From NCBI RefSeq assembly GCF_006345805.1, contig NC_043006.1, positions 12,524,001 through 12,588,000 on the forward strand: DNA of 64,000 bases, written 5' to 3'. The notes below the pieces were generated by a model that was not told the origin of the DNA, searched no databases, and saw only the letters and a list, made by a program, of their open reading frames with translations. The translations under genes and the position numbers were made by a program. Within the stretch, counting starts at the first letter, position 1, and each line of letters opens with the position of its first letter. Shown piece after piece: positions 26,572 to 41,265 of this stretch. Source of the DNA: Octopus sinensis (lineage: Eukaryota).

Positions 26572-28380
26572 GAAAGTACTTTCTATGCTGGAAGACACCC
26601 ATACTATGAAAAGGCACAAAACTACAGTCAACAAAAAATAATGAGGGAACTAAATCCATATTAACCCATACAAAGCAGGGCTAACGACAAGAATATGATT
26701 ATATGACCAATTTCACAAGTAAAACTAGCCAATTCTACGGTATACCTAAGATCCACAAAAGTGAAAAAATAAGCAACGCATGCAAGATAGCTACAGACAA
26801 ATAATTAAAGTCCCTAATCCTAATGACCTCAAATTGAGACCCATAATAGCAGGTCCCGCATGCGAAACCCACCGCCCTCAGTAACTTTTTAGACACCTGT
26901 TAAAACCACTCCTCAAACATGTCAAAAGCTATATGGACGACTTTAGATATGCTCAATCACCTACCGAATACTATAAACAAAAACACCATACTGGTATCCT
27001 TCGATGTAGTCAACCTCTACTCCATATCCCCCACAACCTAGGACTAGAGGCAATCCAATTCTGGCTAGAGAATCACGCCAACGAACTACCACACCGCATC
27101 AAAAAAGAATTTGTGATAGAAGGGGTTAAATTCATCCTGAAAATAACTCTTCGCCTTCAATGACAACTTCTACCGACAAAAATCGGGGACTGCGATGGGT
27201 ACACGAATGGCACCCTCCTTTGCCAACCTAGTCATATATCCTAGAGATCAGTCTGTATCGTAAGGTTCTAGAAAGATATGGCAGCCCTTTCTCCATCTAC
27301 ATAGAAAACAACTGGAAGAGATATCTAGATGACTGTTTCATCCTTTGGCATAAAAATATAGAAAAACTCATAGAATTCCAGAAAATTTTAAACGGACTGG
27401 ACGTAAAAACATCAATTCACGGTGGAATATAGCCAACAACAACTCCCCTTCCTCGATATCCTCATTAAGAAAGCTATAATAAAGAAAACAGACATATACT
27501 ATAAGCCTACAGACTCTAAGCAATATCTTCCATTCAATTCATGCCACCCCAAGACACACCAGGATGAATATCCCCTTCAATCTAGCAAAAAGGATATGCA
27601 CTATAGTCTCTAACGCAACACCAGAGACACACGACTACAAGAACTAAAAGATACCCTAATCACCAGAACTATCCACCTTCACTTATTGACAAATGCATTC
27701 AACGTGCCCTTCAACTTAACATCAAGGAACGAGACATCCCAAATCAAAGAAAAACTTACAACCAAAAGCCTTACCATACATCTCCACACACAACCCTCTC
27801 AATAACGAAGCCTTCGACACCATCCTCCACAACATACCCCTCCTAAAAAAAGACCACAGAATGAACACAATCCTCCCCAACACACACGATCATAAAAAGC
27901 AAAGACAGCCTAGATCCATGAAAAGTCTCCTTACACAAGCCCGAATTCACTCTTCAAACAGAAGCCGACAGTAAAAAAATGTGGAAGACCCAATTGCGGG
28001 ATATGCGACTATCTAATCGAGGGTTCTGAGTCTCCTTCAAACAGGGACAACGTTTTACAGTGAAAGCAACTTCACATGTGCTTCGGAGAACCTAATATAC
28101 TCACTAACCTGCTCCGGGTGTCAAGAGCAGTACATAGGCCAAACAAAAAATGGTTTGCGTAAACGAATGGCCCTGCACAGATCCCATAAAAATTCCCCAA
28201 AACAGAAAAATAGCTTTTAGCCAACACATAGATACTTGCGCCAACAAAAAACACCAAACTTCAGAATTTTCCCCCTCTACCAATTTAGGGACGATACAAC
28301 CTCGAGACAACGAATAAGTAAGAAAATCTCTTATTACAAATACAAGCCACTTCTTAACGGGTCTACGACAAACAATTAAT
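26572..28380 (+). mobile_element. Penelope-like retroelement (Neptune-type) RT + GIY-YIG pseudogene, 5' truncated
   Basis: Broken frames give FYGIPKIHK, LRPIIAGP, LVSFDVVNLY, QKSGTAMGTRMAPSFANL, WKRYLDDCF, LPFLDI, YYKPTD..QYL.F.SCHP, the Cys linker CGRPNCGIC, and the endonuclease CASENLIYSLTCSGCQEQYIGQT. There are many frameshifts. Confidence 0.93.
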
Positions 28381-28499
28381 ATACCTCACTTTAGAATAAA
28401 AGAAAAAAATATATATACACACAAATACTACACTCAATAGAATCCATTACTAATCAGCCCCTTCATAGCTATATTTACATCATATTCTCCCTTCTCTGT

Positions 28500-28735
28500 T
28501 TTTTCTTCTTCTTCTTCTTCCTCTTCTTCTTCATCATCATCGTTATCATCATCATCGGCATCATCATCATCGCCACCATCATCACCACCATCTTCTCCTT
28601 CTCCACCTTCTTCTTCTTCTTCTTCTTCATCATCATCGTTATCATCATCATCGTCGTCATAATCATCACCACCATCACCATCATCGTCATCTTCTCCTTC
28701 TCCTTCTCCTTCTTCTTCTTCTTCTTCTTCTTCTC
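28500..28735. repeat. (TCT)n/(TCA)n trinucleotide low-complexity tract
   Basis: Seen directly. It produces the spurious acidic ORF 28434-28763. Confidence 0.9.
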
Positions 28736-29089
28736 TCCACCCCCTACCCCTTAAGTTTGTCACTATGTTTTTTTTTATAACACACCTACGCTAATTCTAT
28801 AAAGAAGCCTGTCAATATAAATATTCTCCTGAATTGAATTGAGACTGCCAGCCGCCACTGACCATTCAAAATAACGACCATCAGGGCACTCCAGATTCTC
28901 CCACCCCCCTTTCCTCACCAGCCTTCTCTCTACTACCCTACCAAGAGCTCACAACTACCTCGAACACACAAGTGCAAACAAGGGAGTCAGAGAAAGGCAG
29001 AATGCCACTTAAATCTGAACACTACTATAGAAATATTCTTTTAAAAAACTTTTCTTCTAATTTTTCTAAATTTAATTATTTAATCGTTA

Positions 29090-29126
29090 CAGTTGAAAAG
29101 GTCTCAAAATGACCGAACCGGTACTG
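29090..29126 (+). ncRNA. Degenerate minimal type I hammerhead ribozyme at the 3' end of the Penelope-like element
   Basis: cag TTGAAAA ggtc-tcaaaat-gacc GAAC CG GTA ctg. Helices I and II pair and the helix III is palindromic (accggt), but the core deviates from CUGANGA and GAAA. Confidence 0.6.
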
Positions 29127-29211
29127 AATGTTCACTATAAAATTATTTTAGCATTTTCTATTTTTTACTTGTTTTTTCATATATATCAACTCGTGTGTCC
29201 TTTTCACCCTT

Positions 29212-29257
<46 letters not shown>

Positions 29258-29304
29258 ATATATTTATATACAGTCATATATATATATATATATATACATA
29301 TAGG

Positions 29305-29368
<64 letters not shown>

Positions 29369-30982
29369 GCGTACAAGTACTCACATCCACACAAACGCGG
29401 ATATAAGGATACATATATACATCTGTGTGTGTTTGTGGTTGTGTGTGTGTGTATGTGTGTGTGTTTGTGTGTTTTTGTGTGTTTGTGTGTGTGTGTGTGA
29501 TCTTTTGTATTTAGACGTGTTTGTGTGTCTGTCTTTTTTCATTCTCTTTCCGTCTGCGTATGTATTTAATGCTTCTAGTCGCATTAAAATCAACCGCTCC
29601 TACTTTTGCAGTAGTTTGCTTGATCTTTTTAAAAAGATAACAGCCACATATTGCAAAGTCGCACTAATATGGACGATATTCCAGAACGTTCGTATTCATA
29701 TGATAAATATTCCTATCTCACATCTATTTCATCTAGACTTGACTTCTACAAAATCTAAAGAATGAAAGATGAGAGTAAGAAGAGAATAATTTCTCAAAGG
29801 GAATTTCTAAAGACTACAGAAGCAAGAAAGACGAAGAATCGAGAGAGTTAATGAAATGTAATCTATAGATTATTATCCTTTTATGCTCTTACAAGTTCTA
29901 GTCAATGAGTCATTGAACTGTGGCCATACTAGAGCACAGTCTTCAAGGTTATTATCACTTTTATGAATCCCATTATTTTTTTCTGCTCCATGTATTGTTG
30001 ACATTTGAGGGAAAGTTTAAGATATGGTGAACAAGACATAAAGGGAGATAAAGGGAGGATATCGAGACGGATCGTAATGTCACCATTTTTGCCTTGTATT
30101 ATGCAAACTATTTTCTTTTTTACATATTTCAGTATTGAGAGTGGGGCCATTCTGGAGCACGAACTCAAAGGAATTTTAATCAAGTATTTTGTCTTTATTA
30201 TCCATTATGGCATTCGTTTTATTAGTTTGTCTTTATTGATAGGCTACATCCCTCTCAAATACGACTATTATATCATGTAACTGCTCAGGCATGGCTGTGT
30301 AAACAGAAAAATTAGTGAATTTATATAATCGATCTATTTTGGCCAATTTCTCGCTCTAGATTCCCATGTTTTGGACATATGTCAAAGCAAAGAGCACACG
30401 ATTCAAGTTCTTAACAGCAGTCGATGATTCAAATTTCCGTTTTTGCCTTTAATTAGTCTTCGCATATATATCAAAGGGTTGGTAAAAAATACTCTGCTAT
30501 ATTTAAATATTATTGCAAAATATAAGTTTGCAAGTTCTTGCTACATGTTTGATTCTAAACCATCTCTAATTGGATGGATCCTTTACGAGATGTTAATTTT
30601 TTATATTCCCATCAATACGAGTTCTTGTCTTTTATTGAACGTTCTACAATGCTCAGTGATTAATTTATAATTCATATTTAGAAGAGATCAGTTGACGGTT
30701 TTCAGTTAATGTTATTTTCATTCTCATTTAGTATACAGATATATTTGGATAGTTACGTATTATTAATTTTGATATTTTCTTGTTGAGGATATTGGATTAT
30801 CAGACTTTTCTTTGGGCCTGCAACGTTTATTTGAATATTGCATAGAAATCGTACGATAATGCCTTTGCGATGCACACAACTTTGAGTTGCCAGGATACTG
30901 TAGTATTGTAGCTTGTAGCTGCAACACAGCGGAATGTTTCAATTCTTCGAAGTTGTTAATCCTATTGCTTCGACACACACAC

Positions 30983-31085
<103 letters not shown>

Positions 31086-31151
31086 TGTATATGTATATAT
31101 ATATTATATTATATATATATTTATATGTATATATATATATTATATAATTAT

Positions 31152-31196
<45 letters not shown>

Positions 31197-31939
31197 TATA
31201 CACACATATAGATATTTAACGTTATATTTATTGCACAACAACGCATAATGTGAGTGATTGGTGGGGGAATTTCCTGATCAATACAGGGAAATGTGGGTTT
31301 AGGAATCGCAGAAAGAACAAAGTAAGCACTGTGAATAAGTGCTTCAATTTATACATTAAACAAGCCCTACGATTATCACAATGGAATAGCATTAACGCAG
31401 TAATAAAGGAGTTTAACAGCCAAAATGGTGAAAATAATGTAAATTTATCTCATTCGACAGAACAGAATCTTAGTCTCTGATATCTAAATTCCTTTTGCTA
31501 AATGTCTTAGTATTCCTGAAGGAATACGTCACCACAATTCCAGAGATGTCTTTTACATGCTAGAAACAGTAGCCAGCTAAGCTTCAAATTATTAACGTCT
31601 TTTATAAGATACGTTCCTATAAAACCTGACATGAAAAGAAGAGTCACGTTTCATAATTTAATCCTAGATAGACACTGCTAGAAGAAAGTAAGGAAACAAT
31701 ATGCAATTACCATAAAAACATTGATAGCAATAGAATCAATATAATGAAATAGTATGGGGGATCATGTCCTGCTATTTGATTATTGGAAATGATGATTGAT
31801 TAATGATTTGGAATTGTCAAAGTGCATCACTTGATGAGCGTCCACAAGCAAGATTTCAGAAATATCAGCACCACTGAATAAACAATTTAATAAGTGTGAA
31901 TGAAGACCCAATAAAGGAGCGTCTACGCAGTCGTACAGC

Positions 31940-32171
31940 CTACTGGGAACCGGTGCTAAACCTTAATCAAATTATACCCTACTGTCTACTGGAAACAGGT
32001 GCTAAAACTTAATCAAATTATACCCAACTGTCTATTGGAAACATGTGCTAAACCTTAATCAAACTATACCCTACTGTCTACGGGAAACAGGTGCTATAAC
32101 GTAATCAAACTATACCCTACTGTCTACGGGAAACAGGTGCTAAAACGTAATCAAACTACACCCTACTGTCT
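31940..32171. repeat. Minisatellite, 46 bp x 5
   Basis: Unit ctactggaaacaggtgctaaaacttaatcaaattataccctactgt, with few substitutions between copies. Confidence 0.93.
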
Positions 32172-32174
32172 AAA

Positions 32175-32531
32175 ACGGGTTCTCAACCTTTTTGTTTTAT
32201 CTATGGACCCCTTTGATCACTATTTTATCCTGGTGGGCCCCCATAGCCATTCGATGCTTAAAAACAAGTTTTAGAGGAACATCTTTCAAATTCCTATTTT
32301 GCTTTTCACGTATTAACTTGTGTAGGTTGAACTATGTAAATGTTATAGAATGAAACTTAGCCGTTTCTTGCATTACATACCAATCTGCAAAATACATACC
32401 CTCTAAAGGAAAATATTTTAAGGGGCCCTTAAAGTACTATTGGGGAACACAAATTTACTATTTTGTTGCGTGGACCCCCAAATTCTTATATGGATCCTCA
32501 GGGAACATATTGACGCCTGTTAAGGACCACT
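32175..32531. mobile_element. hAT (Charlie-like) MITE
   Basis: Decayed TIRs gggttctcaac / gttaaggaccac, flanked by the 8-bp direct repeat tgtctaaa (32167-32174 and 32532-32539). Confidence 0.7.
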
Positions 32532-33191
32532 TGTCTAAAATATAGAGATACAGTAGATAGTGTAATATGTGCCCAACAGACAAAATGATGAGACAGTCAC
32601 TTCTAGAACGCAGTAGAATATAATTCTGACCGACCATGTTTGATCTGAGACTGAAAACAAAACGAGAACAAAAAGAACAGGCCAAACAATTAGACCAGAG
32701 ATATAAAGAAATCTATCTTAATTCAGCCGCGAAGAACAGTTTCAGAGTTCACGGTTCACTGTCCGGCTTTTAATAACGTTGGATTACACACTATTTATTT
32801 CTTATTTGCTCGGTTTGCAATAATCTAAAGCACAGTAAATTGTATTCTATAGTCATTGGTACAGCAGAATGATGTTGCCTTAGGCACGATACTTCAGGAT
32901 GTTGTTCAAAAAATATTCTCTCAAAATCACATGGCTGTGAGGTAACCCAAACTACGAAATATGTTATTATGCATAGTGTGTGTAAATGCATACCTAATTA
33001 AACTCAGTAAATCTATTGTCACCTGATTATGCGCCTGTGTGAATGCATGGCTGTATGGTTGCGGGCTCTTTAAATTATGTATTAACGCCATTGCCGCGCT
33101 CTCTCTTTATCGCTCTCCCACTCTCTCTCTCCCTTTCTCGTATGGATATATGTATGCATGTTAGTACTTGCCTATATGTTTATGTATATTT

Positions 33192-33330
33192 GAGTGTAGC
33201 CTAATGGTTATAGTGTGGAGCTTAAGATCGCAAGATCGTAGGTTCGATCCCTGGGGCAAGTAATACACAGTGTCCTTGACCAAAGCATATTATTTCTCGT
33301 TGCTCCAACGAAGTTAGTTAAAAATAAGTA
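33192..33330 (+). mobile_element. tRNA-derived SINE head with a CORE-like start
   Basis: A box tagcctaatggtt, B box ggttcgatccc, then gtgtccttgaccaaagcat. Confidence 0.6.
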
Positions 33331-34067
33331 CCACTCGACTACTGGTGCAACACTTTTTTATCACCAGTTGTTACATTCTTGATATTCCATTGGCTTAAAG
33401 ATTGCCAAGCCAAGAATGTGTCGGTCTAATTGGGACCGCATAAATACTTAAAAAGATTAGCAAATGTGACAAGGTACCTGACCAAGTGAAACGCGTTTTC
33501 TTATGTATATGTTTGTTTGTATGTGGGTGTGCATGTGTGTGTGTGTGTGGTGTGTGTGTGTGTGTGTTGTTGTTGTTGTTTTTGTATGTGTGTGCGAGCT
33601 TGTATCTGTGTGCAAGTGCGCAAATTGACATTTACTGGATTATAATGCTAGTTTGTGAAATTCCTCAGAACATCGAGTTACGATATAACAAAGTTGAGCT
33701 GCAGATGAAGTCGCTTAATAAGCTACCTGAATCCGAGCAAAAGACCAAACGCTACGTTACGAATAAACACACCCCAAAATGAACCACCAAGGCAGAGGGG
33801 GCGTCGTTGATGAATTTACGACCGTTAATAGGCGTTGAAATGAAAAACTATTAATTAGAAAATGAATTACGAACCTGACATGTTTAATAAATGGAATAAA
33901 ATATGAAGATTGAAGCATAAACACAGTAGCAAATGGCCGTATCAGAAGCCATAAGAGATGTCACGTGATGTTACTGGCTTGAAGAATTTGTATAATCTAA
34001 ATCTCTATCAATGATCTGACGACAACATCTGCTCTTTAGAATTTAGCATCGTGCTTAAGATACCGTT

Positions 34068-34530
34068 GGCGCAGGTGTTACCGTATAGTAAGAAGTTTGC
34101 TACTCAACCTCATGGTTCTGAGTTCGATCCTACTGCATGGCACTTTCGGCAAGTGTCTTCTGCTATTGTCCCGCGCCGACCAAAACGTCGTGACTGAATA
34201 TTGCAGACGGAAATTTAAAGAAGCCCGTCAACATGTGAGTATGTGTTTGCATATGTCTGTGTATGCGCGCACGTGTGTGCATGAGCTCGTGTATTTGTAT
34301 GTGTGTGTGTGTGTGGGCACGTCTTTGGGTCTGTTTTGTCCCACAGTACCACTTATTCACCGTTGTAGTGTGTTTACGTCCCCGCAACTTAGCGATTCGA
34401 CAAAAGAACGATAGAGCAAATACCAGACTTAAAATGGCAAGGTCAATTTATTCAACAAAATCATTCTTTAGAGCGGTACTGCAACATGGCCGCGGTTTTA
34501 TGACGGAAACAAAAGACAGAAGATTAAAAA
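34068..34530 (+). mobile_element. SINE family B, full length, diverged
   Basis: ggcgcagg head, gagttcgatcc B box, internal (TG)n, and tail gcggtactgcaacatggccgc..atgacggaaacaaaag. Confidence 0.82.
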
Positions 34531-35325
34531 GGTTAATGGTCAAAACAAGGCTAACTTAATACCAGTTGAAACACATTTCAATCAATAAATTGGGCCACAC
34601 TTTCCTTAGGAGCCCTGACATAACCAAACATTGACTTCGTATATGGTGTGTCTTCAAAGTAAAAGTTCAACACCATATTGTCTCGAATGCAGCATATTGT
34701 GTAGAACTGAAGAATATAAAGAGAATCTTTGTACCATGGAGAGACTACCATGTCCTTTTAGCTATAACCCCATTACTCAAACGCCTTTCAGGAGAGATAA
34801 CGAACTGCAGTCATAGAAAATTTAAGTCGTTCAAATTTTACCAGCCGAACATTTATTTTTCTCACACCAATAACAACGGCTTATATCTCCATATGCATGA
34901 GTGCATCTCCTGGTATGTTTAAGCATTAATGTTTACGTTATTCCATTCATTAAACAATTCACGTTTTTAATTTATCTCCTAACAAATAGTTTTTTCACCT
35001 CCACGATTGTTAGCGATTGTATATTCTTCAAGGCGGCCTCCGCATCGATTTTTGTTTGGCTTCTCGTGAGTGTATCAGCTAGCGTTGGTTTTGTTCTCTT
35101 TGCTTTGAGTTTGGTTCCGTTATCGTTTTAACCGACTTTTATTCACATTTCATCTCTGATTCATTCTAGTTCAACATTTGTGTGGAGTTTAAGGAAACAA
35201 CGTGTTAATGTCGATTTTATGAAACAACAATAAAACAAAGCAACCCACTTAAACATTTCATGCATTGTTTTGAGAGCCTTTTTTGACAATATGAACACAC
35301 TTACGTGCACACGATCATAACAACG

Positions 35326-35384
<59 letters not shown>

Positions 35385-35387
35385 TAG

Positions 35388-35435
<48 letters not shown>

Positions 35436-36319
35436 CAGACAGATAGACAGGTTGAAAGAAAGATAAATACATAGATACAAAGATACAGGCAGCAGACAAA
35501 CATTGACATATATACATACATGGATGTATGTTTGCATACATATATACATATATACACACATGCATAGATACATACAGACGGACAAACGGACAGACGGACG
35601 GACAGACCGACAGACAAATAGACAGACAGATGGATAATAGATAGATAGATGGACAGATTGATAAACAGACAGTCAGACACACAGACAGGCATAAATATAG
35701 AAATACATATGTAATAGGCATTGTAACATAGAAAGCCAGGAGCTAATCAACGGTAGCATTCGTCGTATTTTTCTGGACTGCCATGTGAGCCTGGCGATAA
35801 CTATTAATACCCAGTACTGCTGCTGTAGTCTCCTTTAGAGAGATTTAGAAATAATATATATATATATATATCCGTTAGGATTTTTCTCTATGCGTTACCC
35901 ATGCTTCATCTTCTTTTGGCCTTAAGGTTGTATTCTGTTTGTGTTTTTATTTCGATTCTATCCTTCGTCCGTCCACTAGCGGTCTTTTCATGAATTACAT
36001 TTATTCATTTTTGTGTGTCCAATTCTGTATTGCCTGTTATCCATGTACTGTTTGTCGATTCTCTTCCATATTTCCTTTTCCTGCAATGTTTGCAGGTGCT
36101 TCCTGCTAGGAATCAATGTTATCGTTGAACACACAAAACTGCATCAAACTCTCTGGTCGGAAACTGATGAAGAATTAGGGACCTTCTGTGTCTGTGCATT
36201 TAATATACGTTTTTAAACCTGCCATTCTGTGTGTGTTTTTCGTTTGTGCATTTGGAAATGGATGCGTGGCGTTCAATCATAGAATAACAAAAAAATATAT
36301 ATATACGCATATAATATAT

Positions 36320-36353
<34 letters not shown>

Positions 36354-36385
36354 ATATAAAATATATATATATATCTATATATATA

Positions 36386-36430
<45 letters not shown>

Positions 36431-36454
36431 CTTACATATATATGTATATGCACA

Positions 36455-37210
36455 TGCATATATGGGTACAGAACGTCAGGAAATATAAACAACATGAAAT
36501 ACAAAAACATGGGATACGAACATTTTTTGCGAACAACGAAAGCAACAAAAGAAAAGACGACAAGTAGCATAAAGAACGACCCTTTATCAGTTGTCGGCTG
36601 TTTTATCTACTCTACGTTTCGAGCAATTACGACAAGATGTGACTTCGAGAAAACAGTTTCTCCTGAAAAATAAATTAAATTTGGAATTTGCGGAGCGTCA
36701 AAGTTGGTAACAAAAACAGGATAGTGAAAAATAAAGGGTAAGGGCTGCTAAGCCATAGGGGGTGAGGTACGAACGCTGGAGGAACAAGCTTTGACAGGAG
36801 AAAAGATAGGAGAGGAGATAGACAAGAATACGTGTGATCTATGTGGCAGATCTAAAGGAAAGAAAGAAGCTCAAGTTAGGAAAAGAAAGATGGCTGAGGG
36901 TCACGTGCGAGCAACGAGAGAGTAAAAGAGGAAGAGTGATAAAGAGAGAGGGACAGCTAGAGAACGGTGAGGGGGAGGAGAAAAGAACTAGAGAAAGGAT
37001 GAGAGAGGAAACAAAGGGAGAGAGAACAGTACAGATAGTCGTATTTCGAGCAATTACAACTGTTTTCTCGAAGACACATCTTCTGGTAATTGCTCGAAAT
37101 TGTTACTTGTCTTGTTTTCCATTTGTTTCTTTCGTTGTTCACAAAAAGGTCGTATTCCATGTTTTCGTATTTCATGTTGGTACATTTTATGACGTCATGT
37201 ACCCATATAT
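36455..37210. mobile_element. Inverted pair of pLTR-like repeats (36455-36660 and 37030-37210)
   Basis: atatgggtacagaacgtca...aacatgaaatac...cgaacaacgaaag matches the reverse complement of ctttcgttgttc...gtatttcatgttg...gacgtcatgtacccatat. Confidence 0.7.
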
Positions 37211-37344
37211 GCATGTGTATATACATATATATGCATGGATGTACATGCATGTTTGTATATATATTCATGTATATATATTATTTATATTATATATATGTAT
37301 ACTTGGAAATGGAAGCGTGGGGTTAAATTAAATAATAATATAAA

Positions 37345-37424
<80 letters not shown>

Positions 37425-37815
37425 GATAGGGATACAGGACGTCACCAACTGTATAAACACATGACGTACGAAAAGAAATTAGGTAAATACGCAAACAAAG
37501 AGAGAATAATGGAAAAGAGGACAAGTAACAGAGAGAGAGAGAGAGAGAGAGAGAGATGGTTAGATAAAGAGATAGATTTGTAGATAGAGAGTGAGAGACG
37601 CGGACATATTCATATTTATATACTTACGTTATAAATATTTCGGAATCTCGAGAGAGTTGAAGTAAATTATTCTTTAACCGTGAAAGCCCAATGTAAATAA
37701 AGCTGTAAATAACAGCGCGTGGAATGTTGTGTTAAAGACGCAGGAATGGAACAAAAGGCAGCCCTACCCTATGCCTCCGTAGCTATCTATCCATCTATCC
37801 ATCTATCTATCTATC

Positions 37816-37871
<56 letters not shown>

Positions 37872-37890
37872 CATATGTATATATATATCT

Positions 37891-37946
<56 letters not shown>

Positions 37947-38998
37947 CATATATATGTATATATATATATGTATATTATGTATATATATATTATATATATA
38001 TATATATATATAATATATATATACACACACACATATATATACACATATAGTTTACATACATATATACATACATACATATACATATATATAAATATATATA
38101 TACATATATATATGATTTAATTATTTGGTCATCAACACGTAGGATACAAGAAATAATTTAGACACGATAACATTGGTCACACCATGAAGGCATCAATTGT
38201 TAGGGTGATACTCTAGATACGTAACAAATCCTATTTAAATAGTACATTGAGTTTCTGGGGTTCGGTCCCTGGTCTTATCAGACTGATCCAAGAGACGTTG
38301 GGTTTGCCCAGATTGATTTAAGAAATCTCACAAGTTTGAAATCCTACTGTTAAAAAAAATCCGTTTATGGTGGGTATTATGTCTCCATGTAATCTTCTAT
38401 GGATGCATTCATAACATTCTACTGATACAGATGTTCTAAATTTCAACCGCCATCACTTTTCAATACATATACACACACACCCACACGTACATTTATGTGT
38501 ATATATATATATATATATATATGCATGTATATATATTATATACATTCATATATTATATATATATTATACACATACATATATTATATATATATTATATATT
38601 ATACACATACATATATACACACACTATATATATAATATATATATATATATAATATATATATATACATAAATGTACACGCCCAACACGAGTGTATGTTTGT
38701 GACTGATAGTGCGTCTATGAGTGATTATATGTGTGCGTATAACTTTATGTATATTAAATGCATATATACATAACGATACACCTACGCTCACTCGCAGACA
38801 AATATATACTTAAATGCAAAATCCTTTGGCGAAGTCTTTCAGGTGTAGTTGAAAGCCATATTTGCATAGCACATTTATGTGCATGTGCAGTATTTTGCTA
38901 ATAGCTCACAATGGAAAACCGTTTCATTAAATCTATAACAGCATATGTATACATACACGCATACTTACATGCATATGAATATATGCATATATCTACAA

Positions 38999-39034
<36 letters not shown>

Positions 39035-39097
39035 TAAATACAGATATATATTTGCGTATACATATATCTACATATATACATATGTCTGCATATATAC

Positions 39098-39144
<47 letters not shown>

Positions 39145-39212
39145 TATATACATATATATATATATACGTATATATATATATATATATATTATACATATAT
39201 ATACATATATAC

Positions 39213-39251
<39 letters not shown>

Positions 39252-39279
39252 CATTTATTTATACATATATATATATACG

Positions 39280-39315
<36 letters not shown>

Positions 39316-39405
39316 CATACATATGCATATGCATGTATGCTTTTATCTATATACATATATGTAACTTACATATGTAGATATACATGTGTGGGCGTGTGTG
39401 GGTGT

Positions 39406-39477
<72 letters not shown>

Positions 39478-40240
39478 AAGAAATACACTTTTTATATTTC
39501 ATATTATTTCAGAACATACGTTTAGTGTTGACATTTATTGGAAAGAAATCTATATTCACTGGTTATAAAGTTTGGACGTTGAAACACATGCGCAATATTA
39601 GAATGGTAAAAAAGAAACAAAAACAAAAAAGAAAAACAACTTAACACACAAATATATTTCTGTAATAATTTTCCCAAAATGTGCTTTCCCGGCGATAGCT
39701 GTTACCGTCTTAAAGAAATATAGCATGCGTGTATGTTACTTCATCAGAGTTTTAATTATTGATATATTAACTTCGCTTTCGGAAAGTGTATATCTCGCAG
39801 ATACTCTACCTATATGGACGACCTTAAAACTAGAAAGGAAACTAAAAGCATCCCAAGTGACATTATATTTGAGCTATTTCAGATGAGAAAACCGGCTTCA
39901 AAGTGATGTAGTCTTATTCAATATAATAACTACATGCTACCCATTAGCTGACATACAACAGAGAGAATGTGGAAAGGAAATCAACAAAACATGTTAACAA
40001 AACCCAACGAAACATGAGGTGCCTTAGGAATAAGTTGTCTTTTATGGCATTTCAAGTTAGCAACACAGCACATACGAATATGATCACCCATGTTTACCTG
40101 CTTATTGCTCCTAATTTTTTCAAAGTTTTCGATATATATTTATCATATGAATATGTGTGTAGGTGTATTTTTGCGTGTATATATATATATATATATATAT
40201 CTACATGTGTGTGCCAATATATACTATATATATACATACA

Positions 40241-40277
<37 letters not shown>

Positions 40278-40504
40278 TGCTTGTGTATGTGTATGCAATT
40301 TGTGTTAAGCCACAATCATACTGATATCATTTTTGATCCGTCCTAAGTATTTCCTGTCCTTCTGTTTCTGTGCGAATTGCTTTGCAAAGATTTATGGTAG
40401 AATTTTGATTCATTCTTATATATACTATTTACTATGTATGTATATATGTATGTATATAGTCGTTCATCATTCATCCTTACTAAATGTCCCCCCACACCTC
40501 ACAC

Positions 40505-40570
40505 TGTTGTCAAGCGATGTTAGTGTGACAAGCACAAGCACACAAACATACACACACGCATACACACATA

Positions 40571-40633
<63 letters not shown>

Positions 40634-40815
40634 ATATATGTATGAATGTATACGACGTGCTTCTTTCAGTTTCCGTCTACCAAATTCACTCGAAAGATTT
40701 TGGTCGGCCCGAGGCTGAAGTAGAAGACACTTGCTCAAGGTCCCACATTGTGGGACTGAACACGGAACCATGTGGTTGCTTGCAAGCTTCTTAGCACACA
40801 GCCACTCCTGCGCCT
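40505..40815 (-). mobile_element. SINE family B, 3' truncated
   Basis: cttctttcagtttccgtctaccaaattcactc ... cacacagccactcctgcgcc. Confidence 0.85.
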
Positions 40816-40991
40816 ATACATACATTCATTCATTTATCCATCCATCCATACATACATACATACATACATGCATGCATGCACACAAAATTCTACTGGTGCA
40901 TATTGATGCAAACAATAGCAAATTAATACAGTCACAGTATTTGCAAGCATCATGCGTATATATAGATGACTGCCTGTGCGTATGTGTGTGT

Positions 40992-41026
<35 letters not shown>

Positions 41027-41197
41027 TCCGCACGGTTGAGTCCGTACACGAGTGTGAGTGTGTGAGAACTTGAATCAAGACAACATGTGGAAGAAAACTA
41101 CCTTTTGACATAATTTTTTTTCAAACAGCCTCTATACATACATACATATACATATATATACATATATATACATATATATACACACACACATATATAG

Positions 41198-41265
<68 letters not shown>

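Noticed and set aside
28434-28763. Acidic D/E-rich ORF
   Set aside because: It is the antisense reading of a (TCT/TCA)n tract inside the Penelope 3' region, with no domain or splice support.
31940-32171. CRISPR-like periodic array
   Set aside because: The units are wholly repeated with no unique spacers, there are no cas genes, and the context is eukaryotic.
33192-33265. Possible tRNA gene (also the heads of SINE families A and B)
   Set aside because: A and B boxes are present, but there is no closed cloverleaf and the sequence continues into SINE body.
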